This document shows positions 13,364-25,735 of a DNA stretch of 64,000 bases, in pieces (within the stretch, counting starts at the first letter, position 1; each line of letters opens with the position of its first letter). Source of the stretch: Octopus sinensis (Eukaryota). Location of the stretch: NCBI RefSeq assembly GCF_006345805.1, contig NC_043000.1, forward strand, positions 13,454,001-13,518,000, read 5' to 3'. A program made the position numbers and the translations under genes. Under the pieces are notes generated by a model. The model was not told where the DNA came from and ran no database searches. It saw only the letters and a program-made list of their open reading frames with translations.

Positions 13364-13572
13364 CAGCTAGCAGAATCGTTGGCACACCAGGTGATGTTTA
13401 GTGGTATTTTGTCTGTCCTTACATTCTGTGTTCAAATTCCGCTGATGTCGACTTTGCCTTTCATCTTTTTTGGGGTCAATAAATTAAGTACCAGTGAAAC
13501 ACTGGGGTCGATCTAATTGACTAGTCCCCTCCCCGCAAATTTCAGGCCTTGTACTTTCAGGAGAAAAGATTA
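13364..13572 (+). mobile_element. Third SINE family (Nin/Deu-like domain TTCATCCTTTCGGGGTCGATAAATTAAGTACCAG)
   Basis: tRNA-like head ending GTTCAAATTCCGC followed by the conserved domain. Other copies at 16155-16380(+), 50686-50915(-), 54588-54820(+), and degenerate ones at 8750-8960, 32770-32960, 33290-33770, 34610-34830. Confidence 0.75.
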
Positions 13573-14861
13573 TTATTATTATTATCATCAACATTAGGTG
13601 CAGGTGTTGCTGTGTGGTAGGGAGCTTGCTTCACAACCATATGGTTCCAGGTTCAGTCCCACTGCATGACACCTTGAGGAAGTGTCCTCAACTATAGCCT
13701 CAGGCTAACCAAAACATTGTCAGTGGATTTGGTAGGTGGAAACTGAAAGAAGCCCATTGTATATATATATATATGCGTGTGTGTGTGTTTTTGTGTCAGT
13801 GTTTGTCCCCCACCATAGCTCGACAACCGGTGTTGGTGTGTTTACATCCCCCGTAAGTTAGCAGTCCAGCAAAGGGTACCAGGCTTAAAAAAACCCAAAA
13901 TATATGTTGGAGTCAATTCATTCAACTAAAAATCCTTCAATGGTGGTGCCACAGCATAGCTGCACTCTAATAACTGAAACAAGTAAAAGATAAAAGTTAA
14001 TAGATTATTTAACGTCTACTTTTACATACTCACATAGGTCAGACGGAATTTGCTGAGACAGTTTTTTTCAGACGGATGTGCACCTTCTTGTCTTGACATC
14101 ATGCAAGTTTTAAAGAAGCGTAACCAATGTACAGATGGTGTTGTTTTTTCCTCGTTTCTGTGAAAATATGACTGGACATAAGGTAATATTACCCTTGCTT
14201 GCCACACATTCATACTCTGTTTTGATTAGTTTGATTGCCAATCATTATTAGGGGTCTTATTTCTGGTGATAGAGAGAGAGAGAGAGGGAGAGAGAGAGAG
14301 ATATGGTTGGATTTGAACTAGGAACTTTTATTTCTAAACTAGGAACTTTTATTCCTCAACCACTAGACCAGTGCACATACTGCAATGGTTTAGCAGACGA
14401 AAGTAATACCACCTTTAATTTAAAAGTAAAAGTTCCTAGTTGAAAGCCATTCTAAGTTCAAAGCCAGGAATAAGACACCTGATGATAATAGAAGATCATA
14501 AAAATATGATGTAGCTATAAATATAGGTACAAATATAGGTTCTAAAGATGAGGCTATTAGCATGAAATATTATATTCTTTAATAAGAACAACTCATCTCA
14601 GAATCTTGACATTTACTGAGGCTTACTCTTTGATATATCCCCCCATAAAATATTAATAAGATATAATATTTCTAATATCATAATTCTCTACACACTTCCA
14701 AAAATGAACAACAAGGAAGAAAAATAAAAAAAAACACCGAACTCTTCCTAATATAAACAATACCAGGATTTCATAATACACATCATAGAGACATTTTCTT
14801 AAATAAAAAGGCAACTACTACTGCTGCTACTACTACTACAACTGCTGCTGCTGCTGCTGCA

Positions 14862-14913
<52 letters not shown>

Positions 14914-14973
14914 TTACTACTACTACTACTACTGCTGCTGTTGCTGCTGCTTATTACTATTATTATTATTATT

Positions 14974-16152
14974 AGTAAGCTCGTGAGGAATGAAGCCAGT
15001 ATGCTCCGATGGATGTGTAATGTCAGTGTACATACTCGACAGAGCGTTAGCACTTGAGAGAAATGTTGTACCTAAGAAGCATCAGTTGTGGTGTGCAAGA
15101 GAGACGATTGCGCTGGTATGGTCATGTGGCGAGAATGGATGAAGATAGGTGTGTGAGAAAGTGCCAATCCCTAGCAGTTGAGGGAACCCGTGGAAGAGGT
15201 AGACCCAGGAAAACCTGGGACGAGGTGGTGAAGCACGACCTTCGAACTTTAGGCCTCACTGAGGAAATGACCAGAGACCGAGACCTTTGGAAATATTCTG
15301 TACGTGAGAAGACCAGGCAGGACAAGTGAGCCCAGCCCACTTATGAATGCCTTTCCTCCCTTGGACACAAAGACCAGTTGAGGCAAGCGAAGTCGATATA
15401 GAACCTCATCCGACGACAGACACCCATCCCAACCCCCCATGCTTGCGAAGACATGTTGGGGCAAGCGAAATCGAAATCGAAATCGAAACCGAATTGAACC
15501 AGCCAGGATCCCTGGCCTGGTGGTACGTAAAAAGCACTATCCGACTCGGGCCGTGGCACGTAAAATACTCCAATGCGACCGTACGACAGGCACCCATGCC
15601 AACCCCTTTGCTTGTGAAGACATGTTGGGGCAAGCGAAATCGAAATCGAATTGAACCAGCCAGGATCCCTGGTCTGGTGGTACGTAAAAAGCACTATCCG
15701 ACTTGTGGCCGTGGCACGTAAAATACTCCAATGCGACCGTACGACAGGCACCCTTGCCAACCCCCTCTGCTTGTGAAGACATGTTGGGGCAAGCGAAATC
15801 GAAATCGAATTGAACCAGCCAGGATCCCTGGTCTGGTGGTACGTAAAAAGCACTATCCGACTCGTGGCCGATGCCAGCACCGCCTCGACTGGCTTCCGTG
15901 CCGGTGGCACATAAAATACACCAATCTGACCGTGGCCGTTGCCAGCCCCGCCTGGCACCTGTGCAGTGGCACGTAAAAAGCACCCACTACACTCACGGAG
16001 TGGTTGGCGTTAGGAAGGGCATCCAGCTGTAGAAACATTGCCAAATTAGACTGGAGCCTGGTGCAGCCTTCTGGCTTCCCAGAACCCCGGTCGAACCGTC
16101 CAACCCATGCTAGCATGGAGAACGGACGTTAAACGACGATGATGATGATGAT
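14974..16152 (+). mobile_element. 5'-truncated RTE LINE copy (ORF C-terminus, modular 3' UTR, (GAT)n tail)
   Basis: 14974-15329 is nearly identical to 24729-25083 (RLRWYGHVARMDEDR...KYSVREKTRQDK*); ends in GATGATGAT; ATTAGT on both flanks is a possible TSD. Confidence 0.9.
15400..15960 (+). repeat. ~155-170-bp tandem module array in the RTE 3' UTR
   Basis: CATGTTGGGGCAAGCGAAATCGAAATC recurs at approx. 15452, 15623 and 15780, with variable GAAATC hexamer number. Confidence 0.85.
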
Positions 16153-16406
16153 GATTAGTGTGGAAAGCTAGCAAAATCATTAGTGCACCAGACAAAATGT
16201 TTAGCAGCATGTTGTCCGTCTCTGTGTTCTGAGTTCAAATTCCATCAAGGTTGACTTTGCTTTTCAACCTTTCAGGGTCAATAAAATAAGTACCAGTTGA
16301 ACACTGGGTTCGATGTTATTGACTTACCCGAACCCTTGAATTTGTTGGCCTTGTACCAAATTTTGAAACCATTTTTAGTATTATTATTATTATTATTATT
16401 ATTATT

Positions 16407-16964
16407 GAGTGAGAGAGCAGTGCATGCCATCAAAGTGATGCTGGGGTAAAATATATGAAACCCAGTATATCCATCATGGCTATCCGTCTGATAAGGGTAC
16501 ACTAGGCACATGCATCACAACCATATGTGCATGACATGGTGATGTCATATCAAGTTAAACAGCACATGATCTTGCAGGTGGGTCCCAGTTAGAATTTTCT
16601 TCAGGTCGAGTAGCCCATCCCACTGAAAAGGTCCTTGAACAAGGGTTCTTTAAGGATGTTGAATGAAAAACCCATGTTTCCAGAGGTTAAATTATTCAAA
16701 GCCCAAAGAATTCCTCTCAATACATGGCTATGATGCTCCCCCACTACTTCTGCTCACAATCAGAGATGCACATATCATCAACCACCAAGGGTCATGCTCA
16801 ACTGGTTAAGATCAAACAACTGACAAGCAAATCTGAGGTATTGAGCAGAATATTTGCTGTAGCCTATCCTTTATACCAAAACAAAACAATGTGCTTGATA
16901 ATGCTTCTCATCAGTTAAGATCAGAAGCCATGAGAGCCAGTGACTGGTACTGCATCTGGGCATT
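16407..16964 (-). mobile_element. ~560-bp non-coding retroelement-like repeat embedded in (TAA)n
   Basis: Same defined ends (AAATGCCC(A/T)GATGCAGTACC ... CTCTCTCACTC(AAT)n) at 17996-18553(-) and 33792-34334(+); partial copy at 33102-33275; no tRNA A/B boxes and no convincing ORF. Confidence 0.75.
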
Positions 16965-17111
16965 TATTATTATTATTTTTTTTTTTTTTTCTTCTTTCAA
17001 ATTTGCTTCCATTTCTTGCCGAGTGTCTTCCCAACCCCTAGGGCAAAGAAACTCATAGTATACTTTGGTAGGCCATTAAACCAAACTCAATAGTTCGTTA
17101 ATTTTTTTTTA

Positions 17112-17150
<39 letters not shown>

Positions 17151-17507
17151 GGTGCATGGCTCAGTGGTTAGAGTGTTGAGCTTACGATTGTGAGGTTGTG
17201 ACCTCGAATCTAGGATCGGATTGCGTGTTGTGTTCTTGAGCAAGGCACTTTATTTCATGTTGCTCCAGTTCACTCAGCTGTAGAAATGGGATTGTGATGT
17301 CACAGGTGCCAAGCTGCATCGACCTTTGCCTTTCACCTGGATAACACTGGTGGCATGGAGAGGGGAGGCTGGTATGCATGGGCGACTGCTGGTCTTCCAT
17401 AAACAACCTTGCCTGGACTTGTGCCTGGTAGGGCAACTTTCTAGGTGCAATCCTATGGTCAGTGTCATGACCAAAGGGGGTCTCAGCATGATTATTATTA
17501 TTGTTAC

Positions 17508-17945
17508 TTTTTTTTTTCTTCTTTCAAATTTGCTTCCATTTCTTGCCGAGTGTCTTCCCGACTCCTAGGGCAAAGAAACTTATAGTATACATTGGTAGGC
17601 CATTAAACCAAACTCAATAGTTCGTTTATTAAAAAAATTTTTTTTTTTTTTTTTTAAGTTAAATTAAAATACATGAGCAGCAACAGTTCTCACATCGACA
17701 ATGCTCTTCTCAATACGTGTGATGTACCAGTTAAGACAATCTTTTGCACTTCTTGCAGGGATGGTAAGCCAGGGATCATTCTCATATAATTTTCGGTCCC
17801 TTCTTGATCATTCCTAGTGCTCCTACGATCACTGGTATTGTAACCGCCTTGAGCTGCCACATTTTCTCAATTTCAATGAGTAGGTCTTTATATTTCTGAG
17901 CTTGTCAAACTCTTTCGCTGAGATATTATGATCACATTATGATCA
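17508..17945 (-). mobile_element. R4/Dong-like (restriction-like endonuclease) LINE 3' end, duplication unit 1
   Basis: Same C-terminal peptide as 19285-19533 but with two 1-nt homopolymer deletions; 3' UTR ends in A-rich/(TAA)n. Confidence 0.75.
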
Positions 17946-17954
17946 CATATTATG

Positions 17955-17985
<31 letters not shown>

Positions 17986-19099
17986 TATTATTATTGAGTG
18001 AGAGAGCAGTGCATGCCATCAAAGTGATGCTGGGGTAAAATATATGAAACCCAGTATATCCATCATGGCTATCCGTCTGATAAGGGTACACTAGGCACAT
18101 GCATCACAACCATATGTGCATGACATGGTGATGTCATATCAAGTTAAACAGCACATGATCTTGCAGGTGGGTCCCAGTTAGAATTTTCTTCAGGTCGAGT
18201 AGCCCATCCCACTGAAAAGGTCCTTGAACAAGGGTTCTTTAAGGATGTTGAATGAAAAACCCATGTTTCCAGAGGTTAAATTATTCAAAGCCCAAAGAAT
18301 TCCTCTCAATACATGGCTATGATGCTCCCCCACTACTTCTGCTCACAATCAGAGATGCACATATCATCAACCACCAAGGGTCATGCTCAACTGGTTAAGA
18401 TCAAACAACTGACAAGCAAATCTGAGGTATTGAGCAGAATATTTGCTGTAGCCTATCCTTTATACCAAAACAAAACAATGTGCTTGATAATGCTTCTCAT
18501 CAGTTAAGATCAGAAGCCATGAGAGCCAGTGACTGGTACTGCATCTGGGCATTTATTATTATTATTATTTTTTTTTTTTTTTTTTCTTCTTTCAAATTTG
18601 CTTCCATTTCTTGCCGAGTGTCTTCCCAACCCCTAGGGCAAAGAAACTCATAGTATACTTTGGTAGGCCATTAAACCAAACTCAATAGTTCGTTAATTTT
18701 TTTTTATTTTTTTATTATTATTATTATATTATTATTATTATTAAGGTGCATGGCTCAGTGGTTAGAGTGTTGAGCTTACGATTGTGAGGTTGTGACCTCG
18801 AATCTAGGATCGGATTGCGTGTTGTGTTCTTGAGCAAGGCACTTTATTTCATGTTGCTCCAGTTCACTCAGCTGTAGAAATGGGATTGTGATGTCACAGG
18901 TGCCAAGCTGCATCGACCTTTGCCTTTCACCTGGATAACACTGGTGGCATGGAGAGGGGAGGCTGGTATGCATGGGCGACTGCTGGTCTTCCATAAACAA
19001 CCTTGCCTGGACTTGTGCCTGGTAGGGCAACTTTCTAGGTGCAATCCTATGGTCAGTGTCATGACCAAAGGGGGTCTCAGCATGATTATTATTATTGTT

Positions 19100-19533
19100 A
19101 CTTTTTTTTTTCTTCTTTCAAATTTGCTTCCATTTCTTGCCGAGTGTCTTCCCGACTCCTAGGGCAAAGAAACTTATAGTATACATTGGTAGGCCATTAA
19201 ACCAAACTCAATAGTTCGTTTATTTAAAAAAATTTTTTTTTTTTTTTTTTAAGTTAAATTAAAATACATGAGCAGCAACAGTTCTCACATCGACAATGCT
19301 CTTCTCAATACGTGTGATGTACCAGTTAAGACAATCTTTTGCACTTCTTGCAGGGATGGTAAGCCAGGGATCATTCTCATATAATTTTCGGTTCCCTTCT
19401 TGATCATTCCTAGTGCTCCTACGATCACTGGTATTGTAACCGCCTTGAGCTGCCACATTTTCTCAATTTCAATGAGTAGGTCTTTATATTTTCTGAGCTT
19501 GTCAAACTCTTTCGCTGAGATATTATGATCACA
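19100..19533 (-). mobile_element. R4/Dong-like LINE 3' end, duplication unit 2
   Basis: 19533-19285 reads open: CDHNISAKEFDKLRKYKDLLIEIEKMWQLKAVTIPVIVGALGMIKKGTENYMRMIPGLPSLQEVQKIVLTGTSHVLRRALSM*. The K..KY.DL and IPV.VGALG motifs are typical of the RLE C-terminus. 3'-UTR-only copies at 16985-17110, 18575-18700 and 34430-34585(+). Confidence 0.8.
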
Positions 19534-19551
19534 TTATGATCACATATTATG

Positions 19552-19599
<48 letters not shown>

Positions 19600-20220
19600 G
19601 CCGAACTTTGTAAAAAGCACCTGTTCCAATGTCACATAAAAAAGCAACCAGCACACTCTGGGTTGGTGTTAGGAAGGACATCCAGCAATAAAAACCAAGA
19701 CTGGAGCCTGGTGTGGTTCTCCAGCTTGCCAGCTCTACTCAAGCCATGCAACCTATGCCAGCATGGAAAACGGATGTTAAAGAATGATGATGATGATGAT
19801 GATAATTTTCGTTTACCTTCTTTCCTTTCCCATTCCCCTTCACCCTTCTCTTTACACACCCATACTCCTTTTACAACAAAACCTGTTAAAATTTCATCAA
19901 AATTATTGTAGGAGAAAAACCATATTAGGAATTAATTGTTTTCTCTCTCTCTCTCTCTCTCTCTCTTTATTTTCTTTTCCTCTTTTACCTTCTCTTTCCT
20001 ATTCTTTCCTTTTCTTTTTTCCTTTTCTAATTCAACCTCAGAAATTTTCCATCAATAAAGTTATATTCTTTAACTTATCCTTGTAATAATTTACCATTTG
20101 CTTGACAAGACCTTTGCGATGGAGACATACTGCAGCTAGCAACAAACTAATTCAATAGCTGTATATGTGGATAAGAGTATATATGTGTGCACAGATATAA
20201 AGTACACACACACACACACA

Positions 20221-20520
20221 TGTATGTATGTATGTATGTATGTATGTATGTATGTATGTATGTATGTATGTATGTATGTATGTATGTATGTATGTATGCA
20301 TGTATGTATGTATGTATATATGCATGTATGCATACATGTATGCATGTATGTATATATGTATGCATGTATGTATGTATGTATGTATGTATGTATGTATGTA
20401 TGTATGTATGTATGTATGCATGTATGTATGTATGTATATATGCATGTATGCATACATGTATGCATGTATGTATATATGTATGCATGTATGTATGTATGTA
20501 TGTATGTATGTATATATGTA
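20221..20520. repeat. (ATGT)n microsatellite with 120-bp higher-order duplication
   Basis: 20281-20400 is repeated almost exactly at 20401-20520. Confidence 0.9.
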
Positions 20521-22206
20521 TACACCACATGCATACACATACAGTATAAGATAGATTTAATGTGATTAGCCTACAGTTTATAAAACACTCCTGTGTATGG
20601 AGAAAATGAGATTTATTTACATTTGTTTACCTTCCACTGTGTAAAATGTTATAAACTGCTAGCTAAGTAAATTAAATTTATCTTAGATATTCCAACACAT
20701 GCTGTTTGTGCATAAAATATTTATTTGAAATATATCATCATTATCATCACCATCATCATCATCGTTACACATCATCATGATCATCATGATGATCATCATC
20801 ATCATGTTCATCATTGTGATCATCATCATCGCCATCCTCATTGTTATTATCTAACATTAGCCTTCCATGATAGCATAGGTTAGAGAATTCAAGGATCCCA
20901 CAAGCCACAGAATTGCATTAACCTCATATGTCTAATTTAGCATATGATTTCTACGGCTGGATACCCTTCTTATTGCTTATCACTTTTCAGAATGTACTGG
21001 GATCTTTTTATGTTGCACCAGCACTAGTGAGGTCACCAAGTGACACAGAAGACAAAAAAAATATCCCCTTTATCAAGTGGAGATGTAGTAGAGATGGAGA
21101 TATCTTTATGCCAGGAGTTGAGAGTCTAAATAAGATAGAGGGATAGAAATAGGTGTTTTGTTGTAGAAGAGATACATGGCTACCCCGACATTATATAAGG
21201 GTAGGTGGGAGTTGCTGGGAAGAGAGATAAAGATAGTAGCAACAAGGTGTTAGGGCATACCAATGCAGTATAAGGTGAATAGAAGAGATGATAAAGACAG
21301 AGAATTGGGAAGGGCCGGTAGGTAAGTTTGCATTTGTGTCAGAGACAAGTGACAGATGGCTAAAGTTGGAGGAAAAGGTGAATGTTGTGAATGGTGAATA
21401 AAAATGGAGGCATGGTTAATGGTAAATAGGAGTTTGAGGGGGGGAAATGAAAGAAATAGGAAAGGCTCAGAAAGAAATGAAGAGTTGATAGTAGAGAAAG
21501 GGTGGAGAGGAGCAGTATAATAAAGCTGTAGATGGATGAGGGACTGGGAAATTATGAGCCAAAGTGTGAAGTGGTTAGGTAATGGAGGAGTGTGGAAGGA
21601 GAGGTGGGAGGGGGAGAGAGAGAAGAGAGAGGGGAGGGGAGAGGGAGAGAAAGAGAGAGAGATGTACAAGGACAGTGATGGAAATTAGAGGTACATAGGG
21701 ATGGATATAGTGAGTGGTGAACAAAGATTAGGGGTGAAGTCAATGTGAGTTAAGAATGATGGCGGGGTATGAGAGGGTGTCAAGAATGAGATGTAGCAGC
21801 CGTAAAATGTAGCTGATGTGAAAGGAAGAGATAACTGGTGACACAAAAATCAATGAACAGTGAATAATAAAATTGGAACAGATAATATTGCGAATGAGAA
21901 GAGGAAGTGACTCCAGGGAACATCTTTGCCATCATCGTTTTAATGTCCACCTTTCTATGCTTTTATAGGCCAGGCAGAATTAGATGAAGCAGATTTCTAT
22001 GGTCTAATGACATTTTTTGTCACTAACCCTCACCAATTTCCAAGCAAAATATTATTTCCCTACAGCCATCCATGTTTTCATGGAAAATTAGAAATGACAC
22101 TGTATGTATACTCACTTACAATTATCCTGCTATGACAAGATAAGGAGACTAAAACAGATATACACAAGCACATGCATGCTTATATACAATCACACATACA
22201 CACATG

Positions 22207-25083
22207 TACAAGATTTTCTGGGCAGGGAACACTGATGGGGTTGGTGGCGTGGGTATACTTATCGCTGAGAAATGGATAGATAGAGTACTTGAGGTAATCA
22301 GAGTAAGTGACAGAATACTTAAGATTAGAATAGTGCTTCATAATAGATTAGCAACCATTATATCGGCCTATGCCCCTCAGCCAGGGCTACCCGATGGACA
22401 GAAAGACAGTTTCTATGACACCCTACTGCAGACCACCTCATTGACGAACGACAGGGACCTTCTCTTTGTGGCTGGTGATTTCAATGGGCATGTTGGACGA
22501 CATGCTGGGGGCTTCCATGGTGTACATGGAGGCTACGGTTATGGTTCCCGCAACGAGGAGGGAACCAGGCTGCTGGAGTTCTGCGATGCGAATAGTCTTA
22601 TGGTCTGCAACACTAACTTCAGGAAACCAACAAGCCACCTGGTCACCTACCGATCGGGCCGGCATACTAGCCAAATCGACTACATCCTTGCCAGAAAAAG
22701 GGAAAGATGGCTGCTTATAAATGCCAAAACCTTCCCAGGCGAAGAATGCACCCCACAACATAGACTGGTAGTTAGTGACTTTAGGATCAGGACTAAGAGG
22801 GCAACTAGAAGACGACCAACATGGAGAAGAAGGGTCTGGAAGCTTAAAGCCCCTGCGAATGGACAGAGATTTAGAGATATGTTACTTGAAGCCTTTGACG
22901 AAGTGGAAGGGGGTATAGCTACACATGGGGTAGAAGACAACTGGACGTTTCTGAGGGACAACCTGCTGAAAGCCACTGACCAGATCTGTGGCTGGTGCAA
23001 AGTCCCCTTAAGACCCAAAATAACGTGGTGGTGGAACAATATTGTTGACAGGGCTATTAGACAAAAGAAACAGGCTTGGAAGGCCTGGAAGAACGGTGGT
23101 AGCAGGGAAGGGTATCAGACTGCCAGAAGGGAAGCTAGGAGACAGGTCTATCTAGCCAGAGGGGAAGCAGATAAGAGAAAATTGCCAATGTCCTGCGCCG
23201 TGAGGATGAAAGACTTGAGGTATTTCGTGTTGCAAGACAGTGTGTGAGAGAGAATCGTGATGTGGTAGGAGAGAAATGTGTTCGCATGGAGGATGGTTCA
23301 CTTGCGCTAAATGAGGATGCAAAGAGAGAAGCTTGGAGACGCCACTATGAAAGGTTACTGAATGAGGAAAATGAATGGGATAAAGAGAGTCTGCCGAATG
23401 TTGACCCTACAGAGGGACCAGCTATCCGAGTTGATAGTTCCGTGGTAGCTAAGGCAATTAGAAGCATGAAGACAGGGAAAGCCCCAGGCCCATCAGGAAT
23501 TACTGCAGAGATGCTCAAAATATCTGGCAGTGTCGGCTATAACCTAGTCACCCGTATAGTCAACCAGGTGATACACGAAGGAGTCATACCCAATGACTGG
23601 TGCAGCAGCATACTAGTCAACTGCTACAAAGGTAAAGGTGATGCCCTAGATACAAATAATTACAGAGGTATCAAGCTGTTGGATCAAGTAATGAAGGTTA
23701 CGGAGAGGGTCATAGCCCAACTAATTAGAGAGAGAGTTAGTTTAGATGAGATGCAGTTTGGGTTCGTGCCAGGGAAAAGTACCACTGATGCTATATTCCT
23801 GGTAAGGCAGCTGCAGGAGAATACCTAGCCAAAGATAAGCCCCTGTACCTGGCTTTCGTTGACATGGAGAAAGCTTTTGATAGGGTCCCCCGATCCCTTA
23901 TCTGGTGGTCAATGAGGAAACTAGGGATAGATGAATGGCTGGTGAGGACTGTGCAAGCCATGTACAGAGATGCCGTAAGTAAGGTTAGGGTTGGCAACAT
24001 GTACACAGAAGAATTCAAAGTAGAGGTTGGGGTCCACCAGGGTTCAGTACTCAGCCCCCTCCTATTTATCATAGTACTCCAGGCAATTACGGAGGAATTC
24101 AAGACAGGCTGTCCCTGGGAGCTCCTCTACGCTGACGACCTTGCTCTTATTGCTGAGTCACTATCAGAACTGGAGGAGAAGTTCCAGGTGTGGAAGGAGG
24201 GTTTAGAATCAAGGGGCCTTAGAGTCAACCTAGCTAAAACCAAAGTACTAATAAGTAGAAAGGTAGACAATCCACAAATATCTTCAGGAAGATGGCCCTG
24301 CTCGATCTGTAGAAAAGGTGTAGGTAGAAACTCTATAAGATGTACCCAGTGTAAGCTATGGACACATAAGAGGTGCAGCAATGTCAAAGGTAGGCTAACT
24401 GGGAAGATAGTTTTTGTATGTGGCAGATGCTCGGGAGCATTAACCTCCGAAAATCTGCAGAAAACAACTTCCGTCACTTTCCAGGGGAAAAACTAGAAGT
24501 AGTTGATAGCTTCCGTTATCTAGGTGACCAAGTCAGTAGTGGGGGTGGGTGCGCTGAAAGTGTAACTGCTAGAATAAGAATAGCCTGGGCAAAGTTTAGG
24601 GAGCTCTTACCTCTGCTGGTGACTAAAGGCCTCTCGCTCAGAGTAAAAGGCAGACTGTATGATGCATGTGTACGAACAGCCATGCTACATGGCAGCGAAA
24701 CATGGGCCGTGACTGCTGAGGACATGCGTAAGCTCGTGAGGAATGAAGCCAGTATGCTCCGATGGATGTGTAATGTCAGTGTACATACTCGACAGAGCGT
24801 TAGCACCTTGAGAGAAATGTTGTACCTAAGAAGCATCAGTTGTGGTGTGCAAGAGAGACGATTGCGCTGGTATGGTCATGTGGCGAGAATGGATGAAGAT
24901 AGGTGTGTGAGAAAGTGCCAATCCCTAGCAGTTGAGGGAACCCGTGGAAGAGGTAGACCCAGGAAAACCTGGGACGAGGTGGTGAAGCACGACCTTCGAA
25001 CTTTAGGCCTCACTGAGGAAATGACCAGAGACCGAGACCTTTGGAAATATTCTGTACGTGAGAAGACCAGGCAGGACAAGTGA
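22207..25083 (+). pseudogene. RTE APE-RT polyprotein ORF broken by three -1 frameshifts (approx. 23182, 23820, 24485)
   Basis: ORFs 22204-23247, 23244-23828, 23864-24496 and 24418-25083 join into one frame if T, A and G are restored in TT(T), AA(A) and GGGG(G); no other in-frame stop seen. Confidence 0.88.
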
Positions 25084-25735
25084 GCCCAGCCCACTTATGA
25101 ATGCCTTTCCTCCCTTGGACACAAAGACCGGTTGAGGCAAGCGAAGTCGATATAGAACCTCATCCGACGACAGACACCCATGCCAACCCCCCATGCTTGC
25201 GAAGACATGTTGGGGCAAGCGAAATCGAAATCGAAACCGAATTGAACCAGCCAGGATCCCTGGCCTGGTGGTACGTAAAAAGCACTATCCGACTCGTGGC
25301 CGTGGCACGTAAAATACTCCAATGCGACCGTACGACAGGCACCCATGCCAACCCCCTTTGCTTGTGAAGACATGTTGGGGCAAGTGAACCCGTGGAAGAG
25401 GTAGACCCAGGAAAACCTGGGACGAGGTGGTGAAGCACGACCTTCGAACTTTAGGCCTCACTGAGGAAATGACCAGAGACCGGTGGCACATAAAATACAC
25501 CAATCTGACCGTGGCCGTTGCCAGCCCCGCCTGGCACCTGTGCAGGTGGCACGTAAAAAGCACCCACTACACTCACGGAGTGGTTGGCGTTAGGAAGGGC
25601 ATCCAGCTGTAGAAACATTGCCAGATTAGACTGGAGCCTGGTGCAGCCTTCTGGCTTCCCAGAACCCCGGTCGAACCGTCCAACCCATGCTAGCATGGAG
25701 AACGGACGTTAAACGACGATGATGATGATGATGAT
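22207..25735 (+). mobile_element. RTE-clade LINE, 5'-truncated within the APE domain, young
   Basis: APE motifs (SAYAPQ, AGDFNGHVG, SQIDYIL, TPQHRLVV); RT motifs (KAPGPSG, YRGIKLL, FVDMEKAFDRV, HQGSVLSP, LYADDL, FRYLG); RTE C-terminus LRWYGHVARM...GRGRPRKTW...DRDLW; 3' UTR and (GAT)n tail. Confidence 0.95.

Larger units (their letters stand above)
16378..19599. repeat. Direct tandem duplication, two ~1.59-kb units bounded by (ATT)n tracts
   Basis: Identical ORF translations offset by 1589-1594 bp (16724 vs 18313; 17182 vs 18776); differences are mostly microsatellite and homopolymer length. Confidence 0.92.

Noticed and set aside
14478-14512. CTGATGA hammerhead-like start (similar at 54080, 42735 and 63605 on the minus strand)
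   Set aside because: No properly placed GAAA or closing stems.
15341-15983. Long ORFs (205, 148, 124 aa) and CRISPR-like periodicity
   Set aside because: RTE 3'-UTR tandem modules; the intervening sequence is itself repeated, so there are no unique spacers, and no cas genes are present.
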